Source: Nitrosopumilus sp.
GTDB lineage: Archaea; Thermoproteota; Nitrososphaeria; Nitrososphaerales; Nitrosopumilaceae
DNA length: 64,000 nt
Assembly (NCBI GenBank): GCA_965204345.1
Contig: OZ241981.1
Location: forward strand, 1,024,001-1,088,000
Direction of reading: 5' to 3'
Shown here: positions 40,387-50,823 of the stretch, piece by piece
How the letters are laid out: the number at the start of each line of letters is the position of its first letter
How positions within the stretch are numbered: the first letter of the stretch is position 1
Notes under the pieces: model-generated
The model's database searches: none
Told to the model about the DNA's origin: nothing
The model's input: the letters and a program-made list of their open reading frames with translations, nothing else
Made by a program: the position numbers and the translations under genes

Positions 40387-41259
40387 TTATCTTTTTTTGA
40401 GCCAGTCAGACAAAATCTTGTTTGCCATCTGATCAGGATTCACATTGTTTTTGCTTGCATGTTTTTTTAATTTTCTTGCAGCACCCTTTGTCAACTCAAG
40501 TTTGATTTTTTGTTGCAGCATGCGGGATTTTGCAATTTTTAATAATTTTTTATGGGATGACTTTGGACTGCGAGCCAATACACGCAGGTATTCTTTTCGG
40601 AGCTTTATGTCCAATGGGGCTATTTTTTGTATAATGTTTTCAATTTTTTGGATGTTGGAGACTATTTGGTATAGTTTGGTGATATCATCACGAGAAATTT
40701 CTTGTGGGACATACTGTCTTAATCTATCTGGAACCGCTGCAAATCCAAGGTATTTCTTTAGGGTCTGGGATGAAATTCCAAGGGATTGTGCGGCCTTTGA
40801 CTTGCCAGTTTTTTCAGTCAAGAAGACACATGCAGCAGTCATATCTCTGGTATTCATCTTGTTTCTGTGCAGGTTTTCGACTACCGATGCTGCCTTTGCA
40901 TCCTCAAGATCATACTTTGAGGAGTTAGTTAATAGCAATACGGGAATTTTCTTTGCCCTCAGCCTCTTGAGAGCTGCCAGCCTTCTTTGGCCGGACATCA
41001 GGAGATAGGAATTTTTTGCTTCCTTTTGGACCATTGGAGGATTTTGCAATCCCTCATTTTTGATAGAGCGTGCAAGCTCGGCAATCCCTTCTTTGTCTAG
41101 TTTTCTGGCCTGAGCCTGCCTCCATACTTTGATGTATTTGATTGGAATCTCAGTTAGCCTGTAATTGATCTTAGAATTGTAACGTTTAGCCACGCTAACT
41201 TGCGGGATTGATTTTTGATAAAACATGCTAGCTGTAATTAGTTGACAAAAAACAGACAT
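40387..41259 (-). CDS. ParB/Spo0J-like protein
   Basis: LARSIKNEGLQNPP...SGQRRLAA...ENLHR ParB/Srx motifs plus HTH. Confidence 0.88.
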   Translation of the reverse strand: MSVFCQLITASMFYQKSIPQVSVAKRYNSKINYRLTEIPIKYIKVWRQAQARKLDKEGIAELARSIKNEGLQNPPMVQKEAKNSYLLMSGQRRLAALKRLRAKKIPVLLLTNSSKYDLEDAKAASVVENLHRNKMNTRDMTAACVFLTEKTGKSKAAQSLGISSQTLKKYLGFAAVPDRLRQYVPQEISRDDITKLYQIVSNIQKIENIIQKIAPLDIKLRKEYLRVLARSPKSSHKKLLKIAKSRMLQQKIKLELTKGAARKLKKHASKNNVNPDQMANKILSDWLKKR

Positions 41260-41498
41260 TCATTAAAGTATTTTTTCATATTTTACGATTAAAAACAAAT
41301 GCAGAAAAGAGAAAAATGGTTTTATAATCTCTAGTGTGAAGGAACAGTTGGATTTTCAGTATCAGGTGTTTCTTGCAATGCGATGTTTTTCTCTGCAATG
41401 AATCCGTGTTATCATTGTAACCCAGCCTCCATATGATTTCCAGTCAGAGAGACACCTTCTTCTTTGAACATAAATTAGATGCAGATTAATTTCAAAAT

Positions 41499-41581
41499 GC
41501 ATGGGTTTGAGCCTGGTCAAAATAGATCGACTATCAGTTGATTACCACAGGGTTTCGTGGGTTCAAATCCCACTCCATACA
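41499..41581 (+). pseudogene. degenerate tRNA-Leu-like element
   Basis: GAGCCTGGTCAAA D-loop, long variable arm, GTGGGTTCAAATCCCAC T-arm; abnormal D-stem and anticodon loop CTATCAG. Confidence 0.7.
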
Positions 41582-42075
41582 TCATTGATGTGCCTGAAAA
41601 AATAACAACTGTTAATTATAATTATTGTGGTTAGATTAATGATAGTCGATTACCTGATGGTAATTATGATTGAGCTTGAAAATGGTTCCTAGTCTTTTTT
41701 AATTTAAAACTTTAATTCAATTTATCCCATAAAATTATCTTGCTTTTGCATTCTCATTTAACCAAACATATACCACTCAAAGAAGTCGATTCTGTTAAGT
41801 AACCAAACCTACACTGTATCTTCTTTGCGTTAAGCATAAAGACCTAAAGTTCATTCTCATATTTTCTTAAAAATTATAAAATATTATTGATTATTTGGAT
41901 GGATCTCTTTTAAATAAGAACGGTTTATTCTGGTGAGAATTTCCTTTATGGCATTATGTAAAATATCTACAATTTCCTCTTCGTTATACCAATCCGATAA
42001 AAAAGAAAAGAAAGAGGTGGCTTAACAGAACCTCAGACCACAAACAATTATAATCATAAAAACAAAAACCCCAGC

Positions 42076-42627
42076 ATGTCTGAAAATACCGTACTCCCAG
42101 GTGAGAAAATAGCGGCAATTGAAGAATATGAGGCAGGAGACAACGCCTTTGATGATGGAGATATGGTCAGAGCGGCAACAGTTGGAGAGAAAGATATTGA
42201 CAAGGCATCACGAACAGCCAACATAAAAAATCCAAAACTTTTGTCAATTCCCAAAGTTGGGGACATCATAATTGGAACAGTTGCAGCAGTAATGTCATCA
42301 ATGATTGCAGTTTCAATAGACTACATTAACGGCAAGCCAACCACCTCAAAAGTTGAATGCGTATGCGCAACAAGAAATTTACGAATAAGAAATATAGCTC
42401 TAGTCAATGACATAGTAACACTGAAAATTCTTAATCATCTTAACGGCACAATCCATGCTGGAATTAGCGAGCCGAATCTGGGAATTTTGTTCACTAAATG
42501 TAGAAAGTGCGGGGGCAAGGTTGTCCCAATGCGTGATGCAATAAAGTGCACGGACTGTGCATGGATTGATGAAAGAAAACTTTCCTCAAATTTTGGAAAC
42601 AGTGATTTCGTAAATCTAAGAGGCTAA
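42076..42627 (+). CDS. csl4: exosome RNA-binding subunit Csl4
   Basis: VLPGE, S1 domain, CRKCG...CTDC...ERKLS. Confidence 0.93.
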   Translation: MSENTVLPGEKIAAIEEYEAGDNAFDDGDMVRAATVGEKDIDKASRTANIKNPKLLSIPKVGDIIIGTVAAVMSSMIAVSIDYINGKPTTSKVECVCATRNLRIRNIALVNDIVTLKILNHLNGTIHAGISEPNLGILFTKCRKCGGKVVPMRDAIKCTDCAWIDERKLSSNFGNSDFVNLRG

Positions 42628-42630
42628 GAG

Positions 42631-43446
42631 ATGATACGCGTATCGTTCCAGGGTGAACGAGGTGCATATAGTGAGGCAGCAGCAAAATCATTTTTTACCG
42701 AAAAGGTTCAGACTGTTCCCCTTTCTACGTTTGCCGAAGCGTTACAAAGCACATCTGAGAATAAAACCCAGTATGCGGTTTTACCAGTAGAGAATTCACT
42801 GGAAGGCAGTGTCGGGGAAAGCTATGATTTGCTGTATTTGACATCACTAAATGCAGTAGGTGAGATCTATCACAGAATTGAGCACTGCCTAATTGGAAGG
42901 GGTAAAAAAGACGAGATTGATACTGTATATTCACATCCACAGGCATTGGGTCAGTGCAGAAAATTTATTGAGGAAAACAATATGAAAACGATTCCTGCAT
43001 ACGATACAGCAGGTAGTGTAAAAATTGTCAAAGAATTAAACAATGATAACTGCGCAGGCATTGCAAGTAAGGACGCGGCAGAAATTTATGATATGCCAAT
43101 AATTTTAAGCAACATTGCAAATAATCTAAATAATTACACAAGATTTTTGATTTTATCAAAAGAATACAGTCCAAAGACAGATAACGACAAGACATCAATC
43201 ATATTCTCAATAAAGCACGAGCCTGGCTCACTATATAGGATCATAGAGAGCTTTCACAAGAACAATGTCAATCTTACAAAAATCGAATCAAGGCCAACCA
43301 AAGAAAATACGTGGGAGTATAATTTCTATGTGGATTTTGAGGGGCACAGGGATGATTCCAAGATTTCAGAGATGCTAGATAAGATAAAACAAGAGGCACT
43401 TTTCATCAAAGTTTTGGGGTCATATCCGTCTGCAAGACTAAATTAA
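42631..43446 (+). CDS. pheA: prephenate dehydratase
   Basis: PVENSLEG, SHPQALGQC, NYTRF, TKIESRP. Confidence 0.95.
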   Translation: MIRVSFQGERGAYSEAAAKSFFTEKVQTVPLSTFAEALQSTSENKTQYAVLPVENSLEGSVGESYDLLYLTSLNAVGEIYHRIEHCLIGRGKKDEIDTVYSHPQALGQCRKFIEENNMKTIPAYDTAGSVKIVKELNNDNCAGIASKDAAEIYDMPIILSNIANNLNNYTRFLILSKEYSPKTDNDKTSIIFSIKHEPGSLYRIIESFHKNNVNLTKIESRPTKENTWEYNFYVDFEGHRDDSKISEMLDKIKQEALFIKVLGSYPSARLN

Positions 43447-43447
43447 G

Positions 43448-43915
43448 TTAAAATCCCTTAGGCTTTCTTAAGGTAAAGCCCATGCTAAATCCCATAATGA
43501 TGATTCCAGAGGTCATGACCATTAGATCATATGTGAACCAGATGGGATCAGAGCTTCTAATTAGTTGACCAGTAATTGTTAGTTCTGCATCACCGGTATT
43601 TTGAATCAAAATTTTTGTTTCGCCATCCTCGACATGAGTCCAATCAAGAACTAGTTCCTCCTTGTATGACGTATTTGGAATCTGCCTTCCCTCTCCCGGG
43701 CTTTGAAGCTTTAGATCAAAAGAGTCGCCTGTGATCACCATGTGTTGCGGGGTGTCAGCCGGTGCAGGGATTGTGTAGGGTATTGAGTCACCTACTGACA
43801 AGATGTAATTCTCATTTATAGTAATTGGACCCACATGTGATATTAGAGAATAGCCTCCAATTGCAATGATTATACTGCCAACTGCCAATCCAATAATGGT
43901 TCTTTTAGATAGCAC
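43448..43915 (-). CDS. hypothetical membrane protein
   Basis: N- and C-terminal TM helices. Confidence 0.75.
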   Translation of the reverse strand: MLSKRTIIGLAVGSIIIAIGGYSLISHVGPITINENYILSVGDSIPYTIPAPADTPQHMVITGDSFDLKLQSPGEGRQIPNTSYKEELVLDWTHVEDGETKILIQNTGDAELTITGQLIRSSDPIWFTYDLMVMTSGIIIMGFSMGFTLRKPKGF

Positions 43916-43950
43916 AATTCAATGATTCTAGGTGCTGGTTAAAAAATTAT

Positions 43951-45381
43951 CTACATTAAAGAAACATCATGTGGCTGGCTTTCTGCAAATCCGGCTCTTG
44001 ACATCTTGATAAATTCCGCATTTTCTTGCATTTGAGGTATTGTATGAGCACCGCAATAGCTCAGGCCGGAACGTACCCCGCCTGTGAGCTGCTTTAGAAT
44101 ATCAGTAACGGTGCCCTTGTAAGGAACCATTGCCTCAACACCCTCTGCAACATAGTCATTAAGATCATCATCAAGGGACAGTGAGCCTGTTTCCTTGGAT
44201 TTTCTTCCAATGGATGCGGCCAATGATGCCATTCCTCGATAAACCTTGAATCGTTTTCCATTTTTGGTCAGAACCGTACCGGGGGATTCATCAGTTCCGC
44301 CCAGCATGCTGCCAACCATTACTGAGCAAGCACCGGAGGCCAATGCCTTTGTTGCATCGCCAGAAGTCCTAGTCCCGCCATCAGATATGATTGGAATCCC
44401 ATGGTCCTTTCCAACTTTGGCACAATCCATTACTGCTGTTAGCTGGGGTACGCCTGAACCGGTAATTACTCTGGTAATACAAATCGAGCCAGAACCTACG
44501 CCAACTTTTACTGCATCAACTCCTGCCCTAATCAAGTCTTCAACGCCTTGAGCAGTCGCAATATTTCCTGCAATCAGTTCACAGTCAGGAAATGCCTTTT
44601 TGATGTTGCGAATTGTACTTAGGGCATTCTCACTGTGTCCGTGAGCTATATCAACTACAAGTACATCAGCGCCTGCCTCTAAAAGGGATTCACTTCTTTC
44701 CAGAAAATCACCCCTCACCCCAACTGCAGCCCCGACTAGGGGTCTGCCTTTCTTGTCCTTAGACGCATTTGGAAAATCGGCATTATTTGTAATGTCTTTG
44801 CTTGTAATCAAGCCCCTTGCGATTCCAGAATCATCAACTATTGGCAGTTTTTCAATCCTGTGCTGATGTAAGAGTTTTTTGGATTCATCTAGTGTGACGC
44901 CAACCTTTGCAGTTACCACATCCCTGGTCATAACATCCTGAATTGTGGCAGTCTTGCTAGCAAACAGCAGGTCCCGCTCAGTTACAATCCCAATCAATTT
45001 GGAATCAGAATCAACAACCAACAAGCCTGATACCTCCTTGTCTTCTGCATAGTCTAGGGCATCTTGGATTGATTTTTCAACAGAGATAGAGTATGGATTT
45101 TCTATCATTATGCTGCCTGAACGTTTTACCTTAAGGACCTCATTTGCCTGTTCTTTAATTGTCAAAAATCTGTGAATGATTCCTATGCCCCCGGCACGAG
45201 CCATGGCACCTGCCATGGACGACTCGGTGACAGTGTCCATATTTGCACTCACAAACGGAATGCTAATTGAGATATTTCTAGATAGTTTGGTAGTTAGATC
45301 AGTCTGACTCCTGCTTGTAATATCAGAATATTTGGGTACAAGAAGAACATCGTCAAAAGTTAATCCTTCTTTAAATTCCAA
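43951..45381 (-). CDS. guaB: IMP dehydrogenase
   Basis: LTFDDVLLVP, CBS pair, GSICITR. Confidence 0.97.
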   Translation of the reverse strand: MEFKEGLTFDDVLLVPKYSDITSRSQTDLTTKLSRNISISIPFVSANMDTVTESSMAGAMARAGGIGIIHRFLTIKEQANEVLKVKRSGSIMIENPYSISVEKSIQDALDYAEDKEVSGLLVVDSDSKLIGIVTERDLLFASKTATIQDVMTRDVVTAKVGVTLDESKKLLHQHRIEKLPIVDDSGIARGLITSKDITNNADFPNASKDKKGRPLVGAAVGVRGDFLERSESLLEAGADVLVVDIAHGHSENALSTIRNIKKAFPDCELIAGNIATAQGVEDLIRAGVDAVKVGVGSGSICITRVITGSGVPQLTAVMDCAKVGKDHGIPIISDGGTRTSGDATKALASGACSVMVGSMLGGTDESPGTVLTKNGKRFKVYRGMASLAASIGRKSKETGSLSLDDDLNDYVAEGVEAMVPYKGTVTDILKQLTGGVRSGLSYCGAHTIPQMQENAEFIKMSRAGFAESQPHDVSLM

Positions 45382-45426
45382 TGAGACCTTGTTAAGAAGG
45401 TAAAATATCGATTATAAGCCTTTGTG

Positions 45427-46293
45427 TTATTTGGATAGTTGAGAGGCGATCAGTATTGCATCCCTGGCTGCCTCCACATTATGAGTACGAACGATATTAG
45501 CACCGTTCATCACAGAAACAGTTTCTGCTGCAATTGTGCCAAATAGTCGATCAGATGGATTTTCTTTTCCTAGGATTTTTCCTAGAAAGGATTTGTTGGA
45601 AACGGAGATCAGAAGAGGGTGGTTTTGTTTTAAGGAATTCAGATTCTTAATTATTGATAAATCCCGTTTTAGCCAGTCAGAATTAATTTTTGTAAAAAAC
45701 TGGCCCCTGCCAACTCTTCTAAAAAATCCAATAGCAGGATCCAACACAATTTTGTCAGAGGAGATATCGGATTTTTTTGCCAATTCAAGGCTCTCTTTAA
45801 GAAGTCTTCTAGTAGCAACCAGAGAAGAATTTTCAGGAGATGCTTTTGGACCATATGCGCATAAGATCAAAGAAGGGGAAAACTTTGAAACAACATCAGA
45901 CATCCTTTTGTCATATTTTAGTCCGGAAATATCATTGACTATTTCAACGCCGAGTTCCAAGGCATCTTTGGCGACTCTTGCCCTACAGGTATCAACGGAT
46001 ATTGGAAGATTGGTAAAGTTTTGTATTATTTTAATTGCACTGAGAATCCTTTCTGATTCAACTTGTTCTGAAACCACAGTGGACAGATACGGTGCAGTGG
46101 ACATGCCGCCAACATCAATAAAATCTGCCCCCTGATCTTCCATCAGTTTTACACGGTTTTTTATGCTGGATTTGCCGGTACTCACAGATTTTTTGTAAAA
46201 TGATTCGGGACTGGTGTTTAGAATCCCCATAACACGTACAGGGCTGTCTTTACCTACTCGGAGATTGCCAATTTTTGCCACATGGTTTATCAA
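45427..46293 (-). CDS. folP: dihydropteroate synthase
   Basis: MGILNTSPESF, NDISG, SNKSF, VRTHNV. Confidence 0.9.
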   Translation of the reverse strand: MINHVAKIGNLRVGKDSPVRVMGILNTSPESFYKKSVSTGKSSIKNRVKLMEDQGADFIDVGGMSTAPYLSTVVSEQVESERILSAIKIIQNFTNLPISVDTCRARVAKDALELGVEIVNDISGLKYDKRMSDVVSKFSPSLILCAYGPKASPENSSLVATRRLLKESLELAKKSDISSDKIVLDPAIGFFRRVGRGQFFTKINSDWLKRDLSIIKNLNSLKQNHPLLISVSNKSFLGKILGKENPSDRLFGTIAAETVSVMNGANIVRTHNVEAARDAILIASQLSK

Positions 46294-46306
46294 AAACTAA
46301 TGTAAT

Positions 46307-47053
46307 TTGAGTTATATTATGATTTTAGGTTGGAAAAAGAGATACTCAAAAATTTTAAAAGATTTCAAGTATGATCAAAAAGCTGACAAGGAATCGGCAA
46401 TTCGCTTAAATTCAGTCTTAAAAAAATCTGACATTCATAAAAAAATCGCCGGTCTAATTGAAGGCCAGACGGTCCTAGTTATTGGCTCAGGGCCATCACT
46501 GTCATCTGCGATTCCAAGATTAAAAAAATACAAAAAGACGCTAAAAATTGCCGCAGACAGTTCAGTAAAACCGCTTGTAGAGAACGGAATCATGCCAGAC
46601 ATTATTACTACTGACCTGGATGGAGACGAAAAGACGCTAAGAAAAGTCGGAAGAACAAAGTGCATTTTTGTCGTACATGCACATGGCGACAACATAGAAA
46701 AGTTGGAACTTGCCAGAAAATTTAAAAATTGTATTGGAACAACACAATCTGTTCCCTTTGGTAAAATTGAGAACTTTGGAGGATTTACAGATGGCGACAG
46801 AGGGGTATTTCTAGCAAATTATTTTCACGCAAAAAGGATCATCCTCTTTGGAATGGATTTTGACAAGCAGATAGGAAAATTCTCAAATACAAAAAAATCA
46901 GACCGAAAAACAAAGTTGAAGAAATTGAAAACAGGGGAGATTCTTTTAGAGTGGCTATCAACCATTACAAAATCAGAATTATTTACCACGTCAAGATCAA
47001 TTAAGGGATTTGAAAAAATATCATACAGGGATCTGGATATCATAATTACCTAG
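46307..47053 (+). CDS. mptE: 6-hydroxymethyl-7,8-dihydropterin pyrophosphokinase (MptE-like)
   Basis: TDLDG, HAHGDN, NFGGFTDGDR. Confidence 0.85.
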   Translation: MSYIMILGWKKRYSKILKDFKYDQKADKESAIRLNSVLKKSDIHKKIAGLIEGQTVLVIGSGPSLSSAIPRLKKYKKTLKIAADSSVKPLVENGIMPDIITTDLDGDEKTLRKVGRTKCIFVVHAHGDNIEKLELARKFKNCIGTTQSVPFGKIENFGGFTDGDRGVFLANYFHAKRIILFGMDFDKQIGKFSNTKKSDRKTKLKKLKTGEILLEWLSTITKSELFTTSRSIKGFEKISYRDLDIIIT

Positions 47054-47088
47054 AATGTATTTAATACCCATAAACCATTTATCAAATC

Positions 47089-47655
47089 ATGAAATTCTCA
47101 GAGGAGCAAGTAAAGGAAATTGTTGCACTAAAGGAAAGCTTGATCGAGCAAATAGATAAGCACCAAGAGGGAATAGAGATGTTAGAAAAAAATATCACGG
47201 TCCTAGACTTGTTCCTAAAAGATTCCAGTTTTACAAAGGCTTCTCAATTAGAAATAAAGACAAAAGAGAAAGGAGAAACGCAAGAAGAAAAACCAATTGA
47301 AAATTCGATTCCAATCAAGAGGAGCAGCGATGGCAAGATAATTGCAAATGCGTTTGTTACACCGGATCAGGTTTCCATAGTTGTGGATAATGAGATTGCA
47401 ATTGATGCAGATACGCCGCCCTTCAAATCATTCTTCCTGGATAGAATAATCGGGGAGATGAAAAAGAAAGACGCCATTGAGGCAGAAAACGGAAAAATCC
47501 AAAAGGAATCAATGATTGACTATATCATAAGCAAAAATGGTGCAGACATTAGAGAGATCATAATCAAAAACTATAGGCAAAAGGAAAGAATAAACGAGCT
47601 GATCAGTACGGCAGGATGGTCACTAAGCAGGATGCTTGAGAATATCAACAAGTGA
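47089..47655 (+). CDS. conserved hypothetical protein
   Basis: 188-aa ORF coupled to guaA. Confidence 0.75.
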   Translation: MKFSEEQVKEIVALKESLIEQIDKHQEGIEMLEKNITVLDLFLKDSSFTKASQLEIKTKEKGETQEEKPIENSIPIKRSSDGKIIANAFVTPDQVSIVVDNEIAIDADTPPFKSFFLDRIIGEMKKKDAIEAENGKIQKESMIDYIISKNGADIREIIIKNYRQKERINELISTAGWSLSRMLENINK

Positions 47656-49183
47656 TAGCATGGATAAAATCGTTGTTTTAGATTTTGGATCACAGTATAG
47701 TCACTTAATTTGTAGAAGAATCAGAGAGTTCTCAGTTTATGCAGAATTGGTTCCATATGACATTGGCTATGACGAGTTGCAAAAACTAAATCCTGCAGGA
47801 ATAATTTTTTCAGGGGGTCCATCAAGCGTGTATAATTCAGACGCCCCGGTTCCAGAAAATAGGATTTTTGATATGAATTTGCCCCTGCTTGGAATTTGTT
47901 ACGGACATCAGCTGATTGTTGACAGATATGGCGGAAAGGTAAAGAGGGCAAATAAAGAATATGGATCATCATTGCTAACTATTGATAGCGACAAAGATCT
48001 TCTAAACGGTCTGGGTGAATCAGTAAGGGCATGGATGAGTCATGGTGATGAGGCAGAACAGATTCCAGAAGGGTTCAAAGTGATTGGGCATACTAAGAGC
48101 GCAAAAGCGGCGGCAATTGCATCAGAGGAAAAGTCAATCTACGGTATTCAGTTTCATCCCGAGGTAGTACATACAGAACAAGGCACGGAGATTCTCAAGA
48201 ACTTTGTCTTGAAAGTCTGTGGGGCAAAGCAAGAGTGGACAATGGAAGGCTTTGTAGATGCTGCTGTTGAAAAAATTTCAAAAATTCAGGGAAATGTGCT
48301 TTGTGGGGTAAGTGGAGGAATAGATTCCACAGTAGTGGCATTGCTAATTCACAAAGCAATTGGAGACAGACTAAAGTGTGTTTTTGTGAATAATGGCGTG
48401 TTACGACTAGATGAAGAAAAAGAGGTTGAGGAGATGTTCAGGGATAATTTCAAAGTGAATTTCACGTCAGTTGATGCGGCAAAAATATTTCTTGAGAAGC
48501 TAAGGGGAGTAGAGGATCCTGAAAAGAAAAGAAAGGTTGTAGGAGAAGAGTTTGTTCGTGTTTTCACCGAATTTGCCAAAGAAAACGGTCCGTTCAAATG
48601 GTTAGCTCAAGGTACGTTATATCCGGACGTAATTGAAAGTGGCGTATCAAAAGGACCTGCCGCGGTAATAAAGTCCCATCACAATGTTGGAGGGTTGCCA
48701 GAATGGCTCAATTTAGAAATTTTGGAGCCTTTGAGGGACTTGTATAAGGATGAAGTAAGAAAGATTGCAAGAATTCTTCAAGTTCCTCAAAAACTTTTCA
48801 TGAGACATCCATTTCCAGGTCCAGGCTTGTCAGTCAGAATTATTGGGCAAGTTACCCCAAAGAAGCTGGAGATTTGTAAGGTGGCAAGTAAAATTGTGGA
48901 GGAAGAATTGATCGAGGCAGGTTGGTACGAAAAAGTATGGCAGGCATATGCAGCCGTAGGCGATGACAGGGCCGTAGGCGTTGTAGGAGATGAAAGAAGA
49001 TACGGAAATATTGTAATGATTAGGGTAGTAGATTCAATTGATGCAATGACTGCAGATTGGACAAGACTCCCACATGGTTTATTAGAAAAAATGAGCAACA
49101 GGATAACAAATGAAATCGAGGATGTTACATGGGTTACCTATGCAATTTCAAGCAAACCGCCAGCCACGATTGAGCCGCAATAG
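47636..49183 (+). CDS. guaA: GMP synthase (glutamine-hydrolysing)
   Basis: LDFGSQY, GICYG, QFHPEV, SGGIDS, KPPATIE. Confidence 0.97.
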   Translation: MRISTSDSMDKIVVLDFGSQYSHLICRRIREFSVYAELVPYDIGYDELQKLNPAGIIFSGGPSSVYNSDAPVPENRIFDMNLPLLGICYGHQLIVDRYGGKVKRANKEYGSSLLTIDSDKDLLNGLGESVRAWMSHGDEAEQIPEGFKVIGHTKSAKAAAIASEEKSIYGIQFHPEVVHTEQGTEILKNFVLKVCGAKQEWTMEGFVDAAVEKISKIQGNVLCGVSGGIDSTVVALLIHKAIGDRLKCVFVNNGVLRLDEEKEVEEMFRDNFKVNFTSVDAAKIFLEKLRGVEDPEKKRKVVGEEFVRVFTEFAKENGPFKWLAQGTLYPDVIESGVSKGPAAVIKSHHNVGGLPEWLNLEILEPLRDLYKDEVRKIARILQVPQKLFMRHPFPGPGLSVRIIGQVTPKKLEICKVASKIVEEELIEAGWYEKVWQAYAAVGDDRAVGVVGDERRYGNIVMIRVVDSIDAMTADWTRLPHGLLEKMSNRITNEIEDVTWVTYAISSKPPATIEPQ

Positions 49184-49548
49184 TGATGCATATGGAATAT
49201 GAGAAAATTTGTGATCAGATTTTAGAATGTGATGAATATATTCGGTATGTGGGGATTTACGACTATGGGGAACTTTATGAGAAGATGAGAGCCGGATTAA
49301 AAAGCTATTTAACAAGAGAGGAGACTGAGATGTCTTTATCTCAGGCAGTTTATCGTTGGTCTACACGCAAAAAGACAGCAGACAAGATTGGGAATCCGTT
49401 ATTTGCATTAGCAAAATATGAGAAGGTTTATCGGATAACTGTCCCAATTGGGGGCGCAGGGCTGATTCTAGTAAATACAGAGCTAGACATTGATGTAAAT
49501 ACGATTGTAGAAAAAATTATAACAATTAAAAATCAACATTCCACATAG
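49183..49548 (+). CDS. roadblock/profilin-like thaumarchaeal protein
   Basis: 121 aa, IRYVGI...YEKVYRITVP pattern. Confidence 0.6.
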   Translation: MMHMEYEKICDQILECDEYIRYVGIYDYGELYEKMRAGLKSYLTREETEMSLSQAVYRWSTRKKTADKIGNPLFALAKYEKVYRITVPIGGAGLILVNTELDIDVNTIVEKIITIKNQHST

Positions 49549-49559
49549 TTGTAATTGAT

Positions 49560-49820
49560 ATGGATTTTCATGTTTTTGATACATACGTAAAGGCAAGAGA
49601 CGGGCATACAATGCATTTTGATGTCATAACAGATGCAAATGAAACAGAAAAAGCAATCTCTTTTGCTAAAAGATGGCTAAAATCTATTGGAGAAGAATCA
49701 TCTGCAGTAACTACAAATGAATGTAAGTTTTGCCATACTCAATCCGTTCCAGAAGATATGGAGATTCAAATAATGACAGATGGCTATTTTATTTCCAAGA
49801 TGGAAGGATGTCCAGATTAA
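49560..49820 (+). CDS. DUF2024 family protein
   Basis: HVFDTYV...MHFDV...CKFCH. Confidence 0.8.
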   Translation: MDFHVFDTYVKARDGHTMHFDVITDANETEKAISFAKRWLKSIGEESSAVTTNECKFCHTQSVPEDMEIQIMTDGYFISKMEGCPD

Positions 49821-49909
49821 TCAGAAGGAATGCCAGGAATAATCAGATATCTGATTGCAGTTGCGTATAATTGAGAATTTTTTGATAATTAATTCCAAAA
49901 TGGTGTAAA

Positions 49910-50782
49910 TCAGTCAAGCATGCACGCACCAAAGACGCCTGCAGAATCGCCCAGTTTGTTTTTCAATATTGGCGTATCAACAATATCTGAGAAGACCTTG
50001 GCATGAACCGATTCCTTTCCTTCAGTATACAAAAAATCAATGTTTGACAGGCCTCCGCCCAAAACAATTGCATCCGGATCCAAAATGTCAATTACATTTG
50101 CAAGACCGTGCCCAAAATTTTCTAAAAATTCATGCTTCCACTGCTTACCTGCTGCTGCACTATCAACATTACAAAGAATCTCCGGCATGGTTTTAGACTC
50201 ACCAGTTAATTTGGTCCATCTGCTTTCAAGTGCACGACCGCTAATGTAGGTCTCAACACATCCGGTTTTACCACAGTAGCAGGGATTTCCATTATGATGT
50301 AATGTATGATGGCCCCACTCTCCCCCAATGTTGGTCCTTCCAGGATAGAGTTTCTTATCAATGACGATTCCGCCGCCCACTCCAGTTCCAATAATAACAC
50401 CAAAAACTAAATCATAGTCAGCTGCCACACCTAGCGTTGTTTCAGCCATTGTAAAACAGTTAGCGTCATTTTCCATGGAAATTTTTTTTCCAAGCTTATT
50501 TTCCAGATCCTTTTTGAATGGCTTTCCAATCAAGCATTGCGTGTTGCTATTTTTGATCAGTCCGCTCTGCTTAGAAACTGCGCCAGGCGTACAAACACCT
50601 AATGAAAAATCAGAGATGTTCTGTGATAGATCTAAGACAAGTGAGGAGATTGAATCAAGAATTTGATCATAGTCACTTTGGGGTGTTGGAATTCTTTTTC
50701 GTTTGATAACGCCATAATTCTCATCTAATAAAACTGCCTCTATCTTAGTTCCACCTAGATCTACGCCAAGTTTGTACCGCAA
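49910..50782 (-). CDS. ROK family sugar kinase
   Basis: GVDLGGTK, ENDANC, GTGVGGG, GEWGH, CYCG..GC. Confidence 0.93.
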   Translation of the reverse strand: MRYKLGVDLGGTKIEAVLLDENYGVIKRKRIPTPQSDYDQILDSISSLVLDLSQNISDFSLGVCTPGAVSKQSGLIKNSNTQCLIGKPFKKDLENKLGKKISMENDANCFTMAETTLGVAADYDLVFGVIIGTGVGGGIVIDKKLYPGRTNIGGEWGHHTLHHNGNPCYCGKTGCVETYISGRALESRWTKLTGESKTMPEILCNVDSAAAGKQWKHEFLENFGHGLANVIDILDPDAIVLGGGLSNIDFLYTEGKESVHAKVFSDIVDTPILKNKLGDSAGVFGACMLD

Positions 50783-50823
50783 TTATTTACAAGAATTAAA
50801 GTGCCTGAGCTTTAATTAAAATT

